DNA of 49,811 nucleotides, from IMG/VR virus record IMGVR_UViG_3300005326_000015; one strand, 5' to 3'. Both the position numbers and the translations under genes were made by a program. The notes under the pieces are model-generated. The model saw nothing but the letters and a program-made list of their open reading frames with translations. It had not been told where the DNA came from and searched no databases. Source of the DNA: a virus. Positions 42,099 to 49,811 of this stretch are shown here, piece after piece (the first letter of the stretch is position 1; every line of letters starts with the position of its first letter).

Positions 42099-42929
42099 AT
42101 GGAAAAGAAAGAATACCAAGATGACGCTTTTGAGTCAATAGATGATATTGACAAAGCCTTAGCAGAAGAATTTCCGGATTTGTTTGGTGAACCCGCGGAT
42201 GAACTAGACAAAGACACTCCTGCTAAGACAGTCGAACCTACGGCAGACCCTATCCCAGTACCTGAACCGATTGTGGAAAAGATAGACGAACCCGCAGCAC
42301 CGACAAAACCCACTCAGGAAGACAAGCAAGGACATGCTTTTGCGGAATTACGCAGAAAAGCCGCCGAGACGGAGGCTGCGTTAGCACAGCGAAACGCTAT
42401 TCTTGAATCTATGGCTAAAACCTCAGGGTTTAAGTCAGTCGATGAGTACACTAAGGCTATTCAAGAGAAACTACTTGAAACTGAAGCCAAAGCGAAGGGT
42501 GTGGCACCGGATGTTTATAAGCGGATGACGGCTGTGGAAGCCGAACTTGAGCAACTCCGTGGTGAAAAAACTACGCGAGAAAGAGCAGGTAAACTTGAAA
42601 ACTTCAAATCTTCATTGGACAAGGTTGTCCAACAGTATGGCTTGTCCGACGCGGACAAAGAACTTGTAATTGCTCGTCTTGATGAGCAGAACTACACTCT
42701 TGATATGCTACTTTCAGTACCCCAACCGGATGCACTTATCAGAGGAGTTCTCTTTGACAAGATTGAGGAAAAACTCAAGTTAGCGAAAGCAAGTACACAA
42801 GCCAAAAAATTAGAAGGTGTTGATACGCAAGGTATCAATTCTGCTCAAGCCACTCCGAAGACACTGGACCAAATACTCGATGAGGAAATGCAAGCCTATG
42901 CGAAATCGCGAAACATTGCATTGAAATAA
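42099..42929 (+). CDS. Scaffolding protein
   Basis: 276 aa with RBS GGGAGGT. Acidic N-terminus, then long Ala/Glu/Lys helices. Lies directly upstream of the capsid gene. Confidence 0.6.
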   Translation: MEKKEYQDDAFESIDDIDKALAEEFPDLFGEPADELDKDTPAKTVEPTADPIPVPEPIVEKIDEPAAPTKPTQEDKQGHAFAELRRKAAETEAALAQRNAILESMAKTSGFKSVDEYTKAIQEKLLETEAKAKGVAPDVYKRMTAVEAELEQLRGEKTTRERAGKLENFKSSLDKVVQQYGLSDADKELVIARLDEQNYTLDMLLSVPQPDALIRGVLFDKIEEKLKLAKASTQAKKLEGVDTQGINSAQATPKTLDQILDEEMQAYAKSRNIALK

Positions 42930-42947
42930 AAATAGGAGGTCACAACT

Positions 42948-43994
42948 ATGAGTGATATTAACAAACTGGCAGTTGTACAAGCGAATGGTATTTCGACACA
43001 AGAATACTGGGAGAAACGCTTGTTACGCATGATTGTTCTTGAATCCAAGAACTTTGTATTCTCCACCTTAGGCCGTGAAGTTGATATTCCGGCAAACCAA
43101 GGCACAACGACTTGGAAAACACGCAGATACAACCATTTACCGGTAGGCGACCACAAGTTGGCTGAAGGTACGGCTCCGACGGCTCTGAAGTTGGAAGGCC
43201 AAACTGTAACTGGTACGGTTGACGAATTCGGCGCATTGATTCGCATTACCAACTGGGTTGACGACATCCACATGGACGACATGTTCAAAGTGTATCAACC
43301 GGAATTGGCTCGTCATGCTGCTGAAGTCAAAGAACGCAATATCATGGCTTCGTTCGCTGATGCGTCTGAATACTACTGTGATGCCAGTGGTGCCGTAAAC
43401 ACCGCTAAAACTCAGTTGACAGATGCTGATGTATTGACCATTAAGGATGCTCGCTTGGTTGCATTGACCATGAAGAACTTCCGTCGGAATGGTCATCCGA
43501 AAGCAGGCGGCAAACCGCTGTTGATTGTTCATACGAATGTTATGCAAGACTTGCTTGATGACGACACTCTTGAAAAGAAACTGTTGGTTCCAGGAAACGA
43601 AAACCAAGTCATCAAGATTGGTACCTTGGAAAGATATGTTGCTTACGGTATGACCTTCATGGAAACTTTGATTGCTGAAGTCGAAGCAGTCAACACCGGA
43701 ACAGAGTCTGTTCCGGTTATGCTGAATGTTTATACTTCGTATATGTTGGGTGAAGACCCATATGTAGTCCTGAAATTGAAATCGCTGAAATGGTTCTCCA
43801 AAGGCTTCACGGCTGACAGTGGCGACCCATTGGGCCAAAACGCTCATGTCGGCTATCGCTTTTGGACAGGCGCTAAGGTCATTGACCCTGTTGCTATTAC
43901 AAAAATGTACAGTGCTTCCGCTTACGATTTAGCATACGCTGATGCTACTGCGCTCGCTGCTGATACCTGGGCTGCTCCTGCATCACAAGCCTAA
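42948..43994 (+). CDS. Major capsid protein (HK97 fold; resembles the N4 gp56-type family)
   Basis: 348 aa with RBS TAGGAGGT. The N-terminal pattern ...EYWEKRLLRMIVLESKNFVFSTLGREVDIPANQGTT..W..R...LP....LAEGTAPT fits that capsid family as I recall it. Confidence 0.8.
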   Translation: MSDINKLAVVQANGISTQEYWEKRLLRMIVLESKNFVFSTLGREVDIPANQGTTTWKTRRYNHLPVGDHKLAEGTAPTALKLEGQTVTGTVDEFGALIRITNWVDDIHMDDMFKVYQPELARHAAEVKERNIMASFADASEYYCDASGAVNTAKTQLTDADVLTIKDARLVALTMKNFRRNGHPKAGGKPLLIVHTNVMQDLLDDDTLEKKLLVPGNENQVIKIGTLERYVAYGMTFMETLIAEVEAVNTGTESVPVMLNVYTSYMLGEDPYVVLKLKSLKWFSKGFTADSGDPLGQNAHVGYRFWTGAKVIDPVAITKMYSASAYDLAYADATALAADTWAAPASQA

Positions 43995-44016
43995 TTAAAG
44001 TACACAGGAGGAAATT

Positions 44017-44358
44017 ATGAGTACTAAAAAACCAGCACAAACTGCCATAACGGATGTATCTTCGATGGTTGCTGAAAAGCGTCTTGCTGACAAGAACTAC
44101 ATGAGTGGTTACTCTCAGCGGGTACTGAAGCAATTCAAATCAGAAAAGAGTGTCAAAGTTAGATGCTCGAAGGTATATGCCAATATGATGGGTACGACAT
44201 GGACATTCTTACTGAATACGATTCCGATTACAGTAAGATTCGATGGAACGGTCCAAGAGTTTCCTGAATCAGTTGCTACGCGGCTGCTTGAGAAATTCGC
44301 AGAAGTCACTGAGGCAAATGTGCCAAAAGTCGATGTTGACATAGACATCACAAGATAG
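44017..44358 (+). CDS. Hypothetical head-associated protein
   Basis: 113 aa with RBS AGGAGGAAA. Lies between the capsid gene and a strong terminator. Confidence 0.55.
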   Translation: MSTKKPAQTAITDVSSMVAEKRLADKNYMSGYSQRVLKQFKSEKSVKVRCSKVYANMMGTTWTFLLNTIPITVRFDGTVQEFPESVATRLLEKFAEVTEANVPKVDVDIDITR

Positions 44359-44359
44359 A

Positions 44360-44385
44360 GGCGGGCTATACACCCGCCTTTTTTT
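44360..44385 (+). terminator. Rho-independent terminator after head genes
   Basis: GGCGGG-N7-CCCGCC followed by a T7 run. Confidence 0.8.
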
Positions 44386-44395
44386 ATGCTATAAT
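44367..44395 (+). promoter_or_regulatory. Candidate promoter of the tail gene unit
   Basis: TATACA-N17-TATAAT with TGc (TGCTATAAT). Confidence 0.55.
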
Positions 44396-44413
44396 TACTG
44401 CGAGGTGATACCT

Positions 44414-44830
44414 ATGAACATTAAAGATTTAGTAGCCAGTTCAAATATTTTAACCGATGAGTCCGTATCCAATGCTGACGCGCGTAAATTCTTGAACATG
44501 GCCATTGCAGACATTAACACGACTCTGTTTACGGAGTTGCCCTTTTTCGACACAAATTATGATACCAGTTATACCGCGTTGACCGACAGTTGGCAGTTGA
44601 ATCTTTTGATTCCTTATTGCAACTGGGCTGTCAAAATGAATGATGGTTCCATCACCGAAGCAAGAGAATATCTCCGGATGTACTATGACTCTCTGACAAA
44701 GTTTGAAAGAGTTTACATGAGCATCCTTGCTGAAGAACACCTTGGAACACATACAGGTGCTTATCAAATGGACACTTCAACAGCCATTGACTGGGGATGG
44801 ATGAATGGACGGTTTGGTGGTGGTAAATAA
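44414..44830 (+). CDS. Putative head-tail adaptor/connector protein
   Basis: The ATG at 44414 lies 5 nt after GAGGTGA (the track start 44405 is a GTG inside the RBS). 138 aa. The call rests on position. Confidence 0.5.
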   Translation: MNIKDLVASSNILTDESVSNADARKFLNMAIADINTTLFTELPFFDTNYDTSYTALTDSWQLNLLIPYCNWAVKMNDGSITEAREYLRMYYDSLTKFERVYMSILAEEHLGTHTGAYQMDTSTAIDWGWMNGRFGGGK

Positions 44831-46977
44831 TGGGAAGACAACAAATATTAAGAGGGAATCCTGAGTTAAAGCAGGTTTATATGATGGAAGGGTTCAATGG
44901 TGGTGTCAATGTGACTTTCGCAGATGATATCTTGCCTACGAACTCTTTTCGTGATTTGCAAAACTATGACATCGAAAGTTATGGTGAACTCTCTGCGCGC
45001 AAAGGATTCGGGCTTAACCCAGCCTTGACCATACTATTGTCCGGTCAGTTCGTTGAGAATGAAAACACAGTGTTCTTCACGCTGCTTGACAACGACGAAA
45101 ATGCTTTTTCTTTAATATCCGCAAGCGAATCTTTGAACTCTTACTTACAAAAACAAGTAACACCTAAAGTGTTAAGAACTTTGAAGTTTGACATCACAAG
45201 CGGAGATTTGCGCTGGAAAGTTTACAAATATACTTTAGTTAACACTGGCTTGGTTACAGAAAGTTGGACAGGTACAATTTCAAGTGCAAATTTTGCACAC
45301 GATGGTTTGTTTCCTATCCAAAGCATTAACCAGTTTGGTAAGATTTATTTCACCGCGAACGACACAGGCATGCTGGTATTCGATGCTCAGGCAACAGACC
45401 CCTCAGACCCTATCACTTTCATTGGTGATTTTGGCATATCTATTACCAACTCTGCTTATAAACCAAATGGAGTTGAGGTGCGTAAAGTAGGATTCAATGC
45501 CTTGGGTACCGACCCTTTATCCTGGATTGACAGTTCAAATTTGGTAACAGAATCAATTCAAGGTGTGTTCTTAACCCTTACAGACCGCTCTCCTATCAAA
45601 ATTATCCCAGCAGGGACTGATTTTCAAATCAATATCATTTATACTGGCTCATACAGTGACTTCACCATTACATTTAATGAGTGGTCCACGGCGATTGAGG
45701 CAACTCTCACAAAAAATACGACCCTGACCACAACAGGATTGGCCGTTTATGATGTGACTTTAAGCACTCAGCCGACAAATGAGGCTGAAATTGTCATTGA
45801 ATTCTCTGAGCCAACCATTGAATTGGAGCCTTACTATGATTATTACTATATCGGTCCGGTGCCAGCAGACGCAAAACCAGTAGAAACACTGAATTTAGGT
45901 GAATACAAGATGCTGGAAGTCTATGACCGTGCAGTTTATTACAAGGGAAATGAGATTTGGTTTAGTGAAATTATGCGTTATGACTACATTCCGAACTACA
46001 ATTTCGTGTTATTGCCTTTGGAGCCTTATGATGAAATAACAAAGATACACTTTTTCAGAAGTTCTTACATCGTTTTCACCAAACGGCGCATCTACAAGTT
46101 GTCGGGTTCGTTTGAATACAGTGATTTTAGCCTTACTCCGGTCAATCAGGCCTTGGGCTGCATCGCTCCAAACACCACAGCCGTCGTCGAAAATGAATTA
46201 TTCTTCCTGAGTGACCGTGGACTTCGTTCATTGAAGTCGGATTACTTCAGAGAGGGCCTGGAAAATGTAAAAGAATTCGACCAGGGCATTTGGCCGTTGG
46301 TCAAAATAAGTCCACAGTCCTATGGATTTGTGTACAAGGACCAGTACTTCCTGATGCAAGGTGGTTTGGATGCTCCGGACAATGGAAACATTCGCTTCAG
46401 AGACTTCCCGATGCCTGACCAGGTGAGATATTACTACCGATTTGGGTCATTTATGACTGATTTTTACCCACTTGGTGTCCTACCTGAGTTCATTTTTCAC
46501 GAACAGGGGTATATTCATTCTTTCAAAGATGGAGAGATATTCACTTATGGTCGAAACTTAGGTGATTTTGGGGAGCAAAACCAGTATATAATCGAAACTC
46601 CATCTATCAACTTCGGCTATCCTGTGCATCAGAAGAAAATCAAAGCAGTATTGCTGAAGTGTTCCGGTGGAGAATTGTCACAAAAGGTTCAATTAGATGT
46701 CTTCGCGGATGGTGCAATGGTTTATACCAGCACGATGGTCCCTGTGGACGAAACGGCAGAAGGTACGATTATTTATGAAGACCTTAATGCCACGCTGGAT
46801 GACTCTTTGCTGCCTATCACTATTTACGGCGAAGGCATCAACCGTATGCACACAAAGAAACTTAGAGTTAATACTTCCGGTAAGAACATTGCGGTTCGCC
46901 TGACTTTCATGGAAGGCCAAACAAACGCGGTTCAAGCCATTGGATTCATATGGAAACTCGGAAAAGTGAAGGAGTGA
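44830..46977 (+). CDS. Large tail structural protein (tail tube/nozzle or hub type, unassigned)
   Basis: 715 aa; TAATG overlap with the adaptor gene; beta-rich. No tape measure, sheath or tube genes are present, so this is likely the main short-tail body protein. Confidence 0.6.
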   Translation: MGRQQILRGNPELKQVYMMEGFNGGVNVTFADDILPTNSFRDLQNYDIESYGELSARKGFGLNPALTILLSGQFVENENTVFFTLLDNDENAFSLISASESLNSYLQKQVTPKVLRTLKFDITSGDLRWKVYKYTLVNTGLVTESWTGTISSANFAHDGLFPIQSINQFGKIYFTANDTGMLVFDAQATDPSDPITFIGDFGISITNSAYKPNGVEVRKVGFNALGTDPLSWIDSSNLVTESIQGVFLTLTDRSPIKIIPAGTDFQINIIYTGSYSDFTITFNEWSTAIEATLTKNTTLTTTGLAVYDVTLSTQPTNEAEIVIEFSEPTIELEPYYDYYYIGPVPADAKPVETLNLGEYKMLEVYDRAVYYKGNEIWFSEIMRYDYIPNYNFVLLPLEPYDEITKIHFFRSSYIVFTKRRIYKLSGSFEYSDFSLTPVNQALGCIAPNTTAVVENELFFLSDRGLRSLKSDYFREGLENVKEFDQGIWPLVKISPQSYGFVYKDQYFLMQGGLDAPDNGNIRFRDFPMPDQVRYYYRFGSFMTDFYPLGVLPEFIFHEQGYIHSFKDGEIFTYGRNLGDFGEQNQYIIETPSINFGYPVHQKKIKAVLLKCSGGELSQKVQLDVFADGAMVYTSTMVPVDETAEGTIIYEDLNATLDDSLLPITIYGEGINRMHTKKLRVNTSGKNIAVRLTFMEGQTNAVQAIGFIWKLGKVKE

Positions 46978-46981
46978 TTCT

Positions 46982-49147
46982 ATGAAAATTAAACTAGCGC
47001 CAGGGAGTGGAGGAGAGTATCAACAAGATGCTGCCTCCAACACCCGCCGCAGAGAAATCAGAGCCAAACGCATTACGGACGGTTCCCTTGAGGAAGCGTT
47101 CTTTCTGCTTCAACCGGACAACATCACACAATCCGTGTTTAGCACTCCTGCTTGGGACAGTTTTGCCAGCAGCAAAGAAAACACCGTAGTTCGCAGCGCC
47201 ACAGAGCCTGTGACAAAAACGATGAATATGTTGTGGATGGACACTTCGGCTGTGCCTAACATTTTGAAAAGATGGGATGGCAGCCAATGGGTGTTAACTT
47301 CGTTTGACCAGGCAAGTATTGAAGCAACGGCGAATTCTATTGCGTCAACGGTTGTATCTACTGTACAAATCGGTGGTGAAAACTTTGTAAAAAACGCAAG
47401 TTTTGGAAACGGTGTTATAAATTGGTCAGGTTCAGGAACACTCATTGACACGGCTGTCGGTTTGTCCGATACAAACAGTTGCAAATTATTAGGTTCAGTC
47501 GCGGCAGTGTATCTTTTACAAGATGTTTACCCTGTCCCTTTACCTGGAAAAAATATTGATTTAGTGACCTCTGCTTATGTGAAAAGTGTAAGTGTCGTTC
47601 GGGGTGCAACAAATCCATTGATTTGCCTTCGTGTTCAGTACCATTACACGGACGCAACTTTTGTTGATTATTTTTCTGAAGAAGTCATGAACGGAACAGA
47701 AGATTGGAAGAGATTGCAAATCGTGCAAAAGACTGACCAAACAAAGACTATATCCAAACTCCGTATATTCTTGTACGCAAGGGACTTTGCAGGTACTCTC
47801 TATTACGACGATGTACAAGTGGAATATGGAAATAAAGCAACTTCATTCGGTCTTTCAATGACTGAATACTCTCAAATTTTGCAGACTGCTAATGAGATAG
47901 TTCTTGCTGTCGGTACTGTCAAAGGTGGCCAGGACTCAATTATTCCTTACACACAACAGACCTGGGTTCAAGGAGGCATTGACGGAACAGGTATAAATAT
48001 TGCAGCCACAGGAAGACTGCGCTTGATTGACTATGTGACTGTGGAACCTTTGACGGATTATGTATTCAAAAAGAGCAGCAACTGTGAAACGGCGGTTTAT
48101 TGGTACAACTCCTCGAATGTTATTGTAGGAGTTAACGGCTGGATAACTCAAAATGAATTTAAGATAAATTCTCCTGCAACAGCAGTTAAAATGAGAATTT
48201 CGTTCCGTAAGAGTGCAGCAGAGCCTGTTATTACGGTTGCCGAGATGCCTAACTACCAAATAACCGGAAGCAGAGCCACACGCTTTTTATCCGGTGCACG
48301 ATACATCTTTGATGACACAAGTTTTAGAATTAGGAATGTCGCTGGAACTGATGTTTTGACGGCAGACACAGATGGAAACTTACTTGTCACTAACTTAATG
48401 CGCGTAGGTGCCACACCAAACGCAGGTTTAAACGGTGCAGGTACAGGTGGAACGACCATAAGAATGTGGGCCGGAGCAGCAACTCCTGTAACCAGCGCGG
48501 ACTTCTATGTACGCGATGATGGTTATATGAAAGCATCCAGTGGTCTAATTGGTGGATGGTCTATTTCTTCCACGGCCTTGGCTAAAGGAAATTTAAGTTT
48601 GAGTGCTTCCGGAACTAACGGAACCATCTCGATGGGTGGAGCAACCTTAACCTCTAATGCTTCAGATACAATTACCTTGACAGGTGCTCTGCTATTTGCA
48701 GGTAGTCCTGGGGCCTCTAACGGTGGATTTAATGCAGGAACTAATATTACAACAGCCACAACGCGCTTGAATTACAGTGGTTACTTATACGCGGTTGGTT
48801 TAAGATATGGAGCAGGCGGAAACAGTTCATACTCAGATGTCCGAATGAAAGAAGATATTGAAACCTTAGGCATGTTCAAGGCCACAGACTTCATTATGGC
48901 TTTGTCTCCAAAACAGTTTAAATTCATTGACAGGGCCGAAGACAAATTGACCTATGGATTGGTGGCTCAGGAAGTTGAAGCCGCCATTAAAAAAGTCGGT
49001 TTACCTCCGCTGTCTCTGCTTCGTGTACCTTACGAAGATGATGAATACTATGGGTTGGATTACTCTCAATTCATTGCTCCGTTGATTGCAGCAGTACAAT
49101 TATTGAACGCAAGAGTTCAAAGATTAGAAGGAGGATTTGCATGGTAA
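46982..49147 (+). CDS. Tail fibre/spike with carbohydrate-binding module and C-terminal S74-type intramolecular chaperone
   Basis: The N-terminal LWMDTS..PNILKRWDGSQWV motif is common in Gram-positive phage tail proteins. A CBM-like segment runs GENFVKNASFGNG..W ... YYDDVQVEYGN. The C-terminal SDVRMKEDIETLG ... YGLVAQEVEAAI is the auto-cleaving chaperone signature. Confidence 0.8.
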   Translation: MKIKLAPGSGGEYQQDAASNTRRREIRAKRITDGSLEEAFFLLQPDNITQSVFSTPAWDSFASSKENTVVRSATEPVTKTMNMLWMDTSAVPNILKRWDGSQWVLTSFDQASIEATANSIASTVVSTVQIGGENFVKNASFGNGVINWSGSGTLIDTAVGLSDTNSCKLLGSVAAVYLLQDVYPVPLPGKNIDLVTSAYVKSVSVVRGATNPLICLRVQYHYTDATFVDYFSEEVMNGTEDWKRLQIVQKTDQTKTISKLRIFLYARDFAGTLYYDDVQVEYGNKATSFGLSMTEYSQILQTANEIVLAVGTVKGGQDSIIPYTQQTWVQGGIDGTGINIAATGRLRLIDYVTVEPLTDYVFKKSSNCETAVYWYNSSNVIVGVNGWITQNEFKINSPATAVKMRISFRKSAAEPVITVAEMPNYQITGSRATRFLSGARYIFDDTSFRIRNVAGTDVLTADTDGNLLVTNLMRVGATPNAGLNGAGTGGTTIRMWAGAATPVTSADFYVRDDGYMKASSGLIGGWSISSTALAKGNLSLSASGTNGTISMGGATLTSNASDTITLTGALLFAGSPGASNGGFNAGTNITTATTRLNYSGYLYAVGLRYGAGGNSSYSDVRMKEDIETLGMFKATDFIMALSPKQFKFIDRAEDKLTYGLVAQEVEAAIKKVGLPPLSLLRVPYEDDEYYGLDYSQFIAPLIAAVQLLNARVQRLEGGFAW
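49103..49120. repeat. TTGAAC-N6-GTTCAA palindrome (in tail-fibre gene, in-frame LNARVQ)
   Basis: ttgaacgcaagagttcaa. Confidence 0.9.
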
Positions 49148-49422
49148 AAGAGCATTACAACCACTGGTTGCCAAAATTGTTAAACGCGGAAGGTGTGACT
49201 TTAGGTAGTCACATCTTCTATTACGATGATGATGTGTCTTACCGCACCTTTACTCATGAGATGGTGCATGTTGAGCAGTACCGGAAATACGGAGTGCCTT
49301 TATTTTTGCTGATTTATGTGGTACACTATGTAATAGGAAGGCTGAAGGGGTTGTCCCACGATGAAGCCTATCGTAACATTTGCTTTGAAAAAGAGGCATT
49401 TGAAAAGGAGGTAAAAGAATGA
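49141..49422 (+). CDS. Small HExxH zincin, DUF4157-like
   Basis: AEGVTLGSHIFYYDDD..SYRTFTHEMVHVEQYRKYG matches the G-x-T-x-G-x-x-I-x-F ... HE-x-x-HV-x-Q pattern of DUF4157 metallopeptidase-like domains. 93 aa, overlapping both neighbours. Confidence 0.6.
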   Translation: MVKEHYNHWLPKLLNAEGVTLGSHIFYYDDDVSYRTFTHEMVHVEQYRKYGVPLFLLIYVVHYVIGRLKGLSHDEAYRNICFEKEAFEKEVKE

Positions 49423-49811
49423 AAAATTTGAAATTTATTTGTGTGGATAGCCGCCTTGAAATCACTCCTCAATATGAGACAGAAAACGCTGCTTCTCAGA
49501 TTGTTGTGGACTTCACCGGAGCCGGAGTGGACACTTGGACAAAATGGGTCAATATCGAAACAGGTGATGGTACTGGAGTGCCTATCAGTTTAGGAACTGG
49601 TGTAATATGCAGTACACCTATTTTGGCTGCATGGCTGAAAAAGGGACGGACAAAATTGCAGGCTTATGCTATCGGACCATCCAGTGAAAAGATTGTCTTT
49701 GAACTGAAGTACTTTCCGGTGCAAGCCTTTATGGACCTGGTTGGAGATGACACTTCCTATGACCCATCAGCCTTGACATTATTGCAAAATTTATATTCTG
49801 CTTTGGCTATT
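49419..49811 (+). CDS. Tail-fibre anchor domain protein (BppU N-terminal-like, tentative); runs off the window end and continues at 1..126
   Basis: The ATG at 49419 lies 8 nt after AAGGAGG, with an ATGA overlap with the upstream gene. There is no stop before 49811. 131 aa in total once joined to 124..126 (TGA). It is not in the ORF track because it is truncated by the window. Confidence 0.65.
   Translation, partial: MKNLKFICVDSRLEITPQYETENAASQIVVDFTGAGVDTWTKWVNIETGDGTGVPISLGTGVICSTPILAAWLKKGRTKLQAYAIGPSSEKIVFELKYFPVQAFMDLVGDDTSYDPSALTLLQNLYSALAI
49689..49811. repeat. Terminal direct repeat, copy 2 (identical to 1..123)
   Basis: Direct comparison of both ends of the window. Confidence 0.9.

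Noticed and set aside
43137-43847. 236-aa minus-strand ORF inside the capsid gene, and similar antisense ORFs (14392..14742, 14561..14950, 23957..24349, 40142..40549, 47110..47484)
   Set aside because: They lie entirely within well-supported genes on the opposite strand or in another frame. They lack RBSs and have low-complexity or Cys/His/Arg-rich translations typical of shadow ORFs.
12064-49120. TTGAAC-N6-GTTCAA as a Gram-positive LexA (Cheo) box, CcpA cre or Rex site
   Set aside because: Those operators have different half-sites or spacing: CGAAC-N4-GTTCG, TGAAA-N4-TTTCA-type, and TTGTGAA-N4-TTCACAA. Here the GAAC/GTTC cores are separated by 6 nt in all ten copies, so identity with these known sites is not supported.
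1-49811. Genome-wide stop-codon reassignment (TGA read as sense) as the explanation for the in-frame TGA at 124..126
   Set aside because: Many well-supported genes end in TGA with coupled ATGA overlaps (for example 3334..3336, 17932..17934, 28914..28916 and 49420..49422). All long ORFs are intact under the standard code. Any effect is therefore local to that one codon.
1-49811. CRISPR array, diversity-generating retroelement, integrase/repressor lysogeny module
   Set aside because: No regularly spaced direct repeats, no reverse-transcriptase motifs (YxDD) and no tyrosine or serine recombinase signatures were seen in any ORF. The only dispersed repeat is the 18-bp palindrome, which is not CRISPR-like in spacing or context.

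Overview
The window is one complete tailed dsDNA phage genome. Its first 123 nt are identical to its last 123 nt and an ORF reads across the junction, so the unit length is 49,688 bp (circular or circularly permuted assembly). Expression signals look Firmicutes-like: strong AGGAGG-type Shine-Dalgarno sites, many ATGA/TAATG coupled gene junctions, TGnTATAAT extended -10 promoters and hairpin plus T-tract terminators.

There are three transcription blocks:
- Plus strand, 49141 -> wrap -> 14139: tail fibres, a lysis cassette (holin, M23 peptidase), then a separate unit with a Gln-rich protein and a giant ~2,690-aa ORF.
- Minus strand, 35187 -> 14153: about 37 early and replication genes. These include DnaG-type primase fused to an MCM-like AAA+ helicase, family A DNA polymerase, SNF2 helicase, VRR-NUC, a Rad52-like annealase with a YqaJ-like exonuclease, a DUF669-like SSB, a glycosyltransferase, nucleotide hydrolases and many small unknown ORFs.
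- Plus strand, 36608 -> 49147: metallophosphoesterase, terminase, portal, scaffold, major capsid and tail proteins.

I recognised no integrase, repressor, tRNA, CRISPR array, reverse transcriptase, tape measure, sheath or tube gene. The phage is therefore probably virulent and podovirus-like.

Most notable observations:
- An 18-bp palindrome, TTGAAC-N6-GTTCAA, is present at least 10 times. Three copies abut Shine-Dalgarno sites and six are embedded in-frame as Leu-Asn-x-x-Val-Gln.
- The giant ORF looks like a polyvalent protein and carries a putative H-Y-E ADP-ribosyltransferase-like motif.
- An in-frame TGA splits what looks like a single tail-fibre gene.
- A perfect consensus promoter followed about 45 nt later by a terminator sits just upstream of the terminase genes.
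- A 714-bp ORF-free control region holds duplicated promoter-leader elements, next to a GC-rich moron.

All family names are motif-level recollections. No database search was run.
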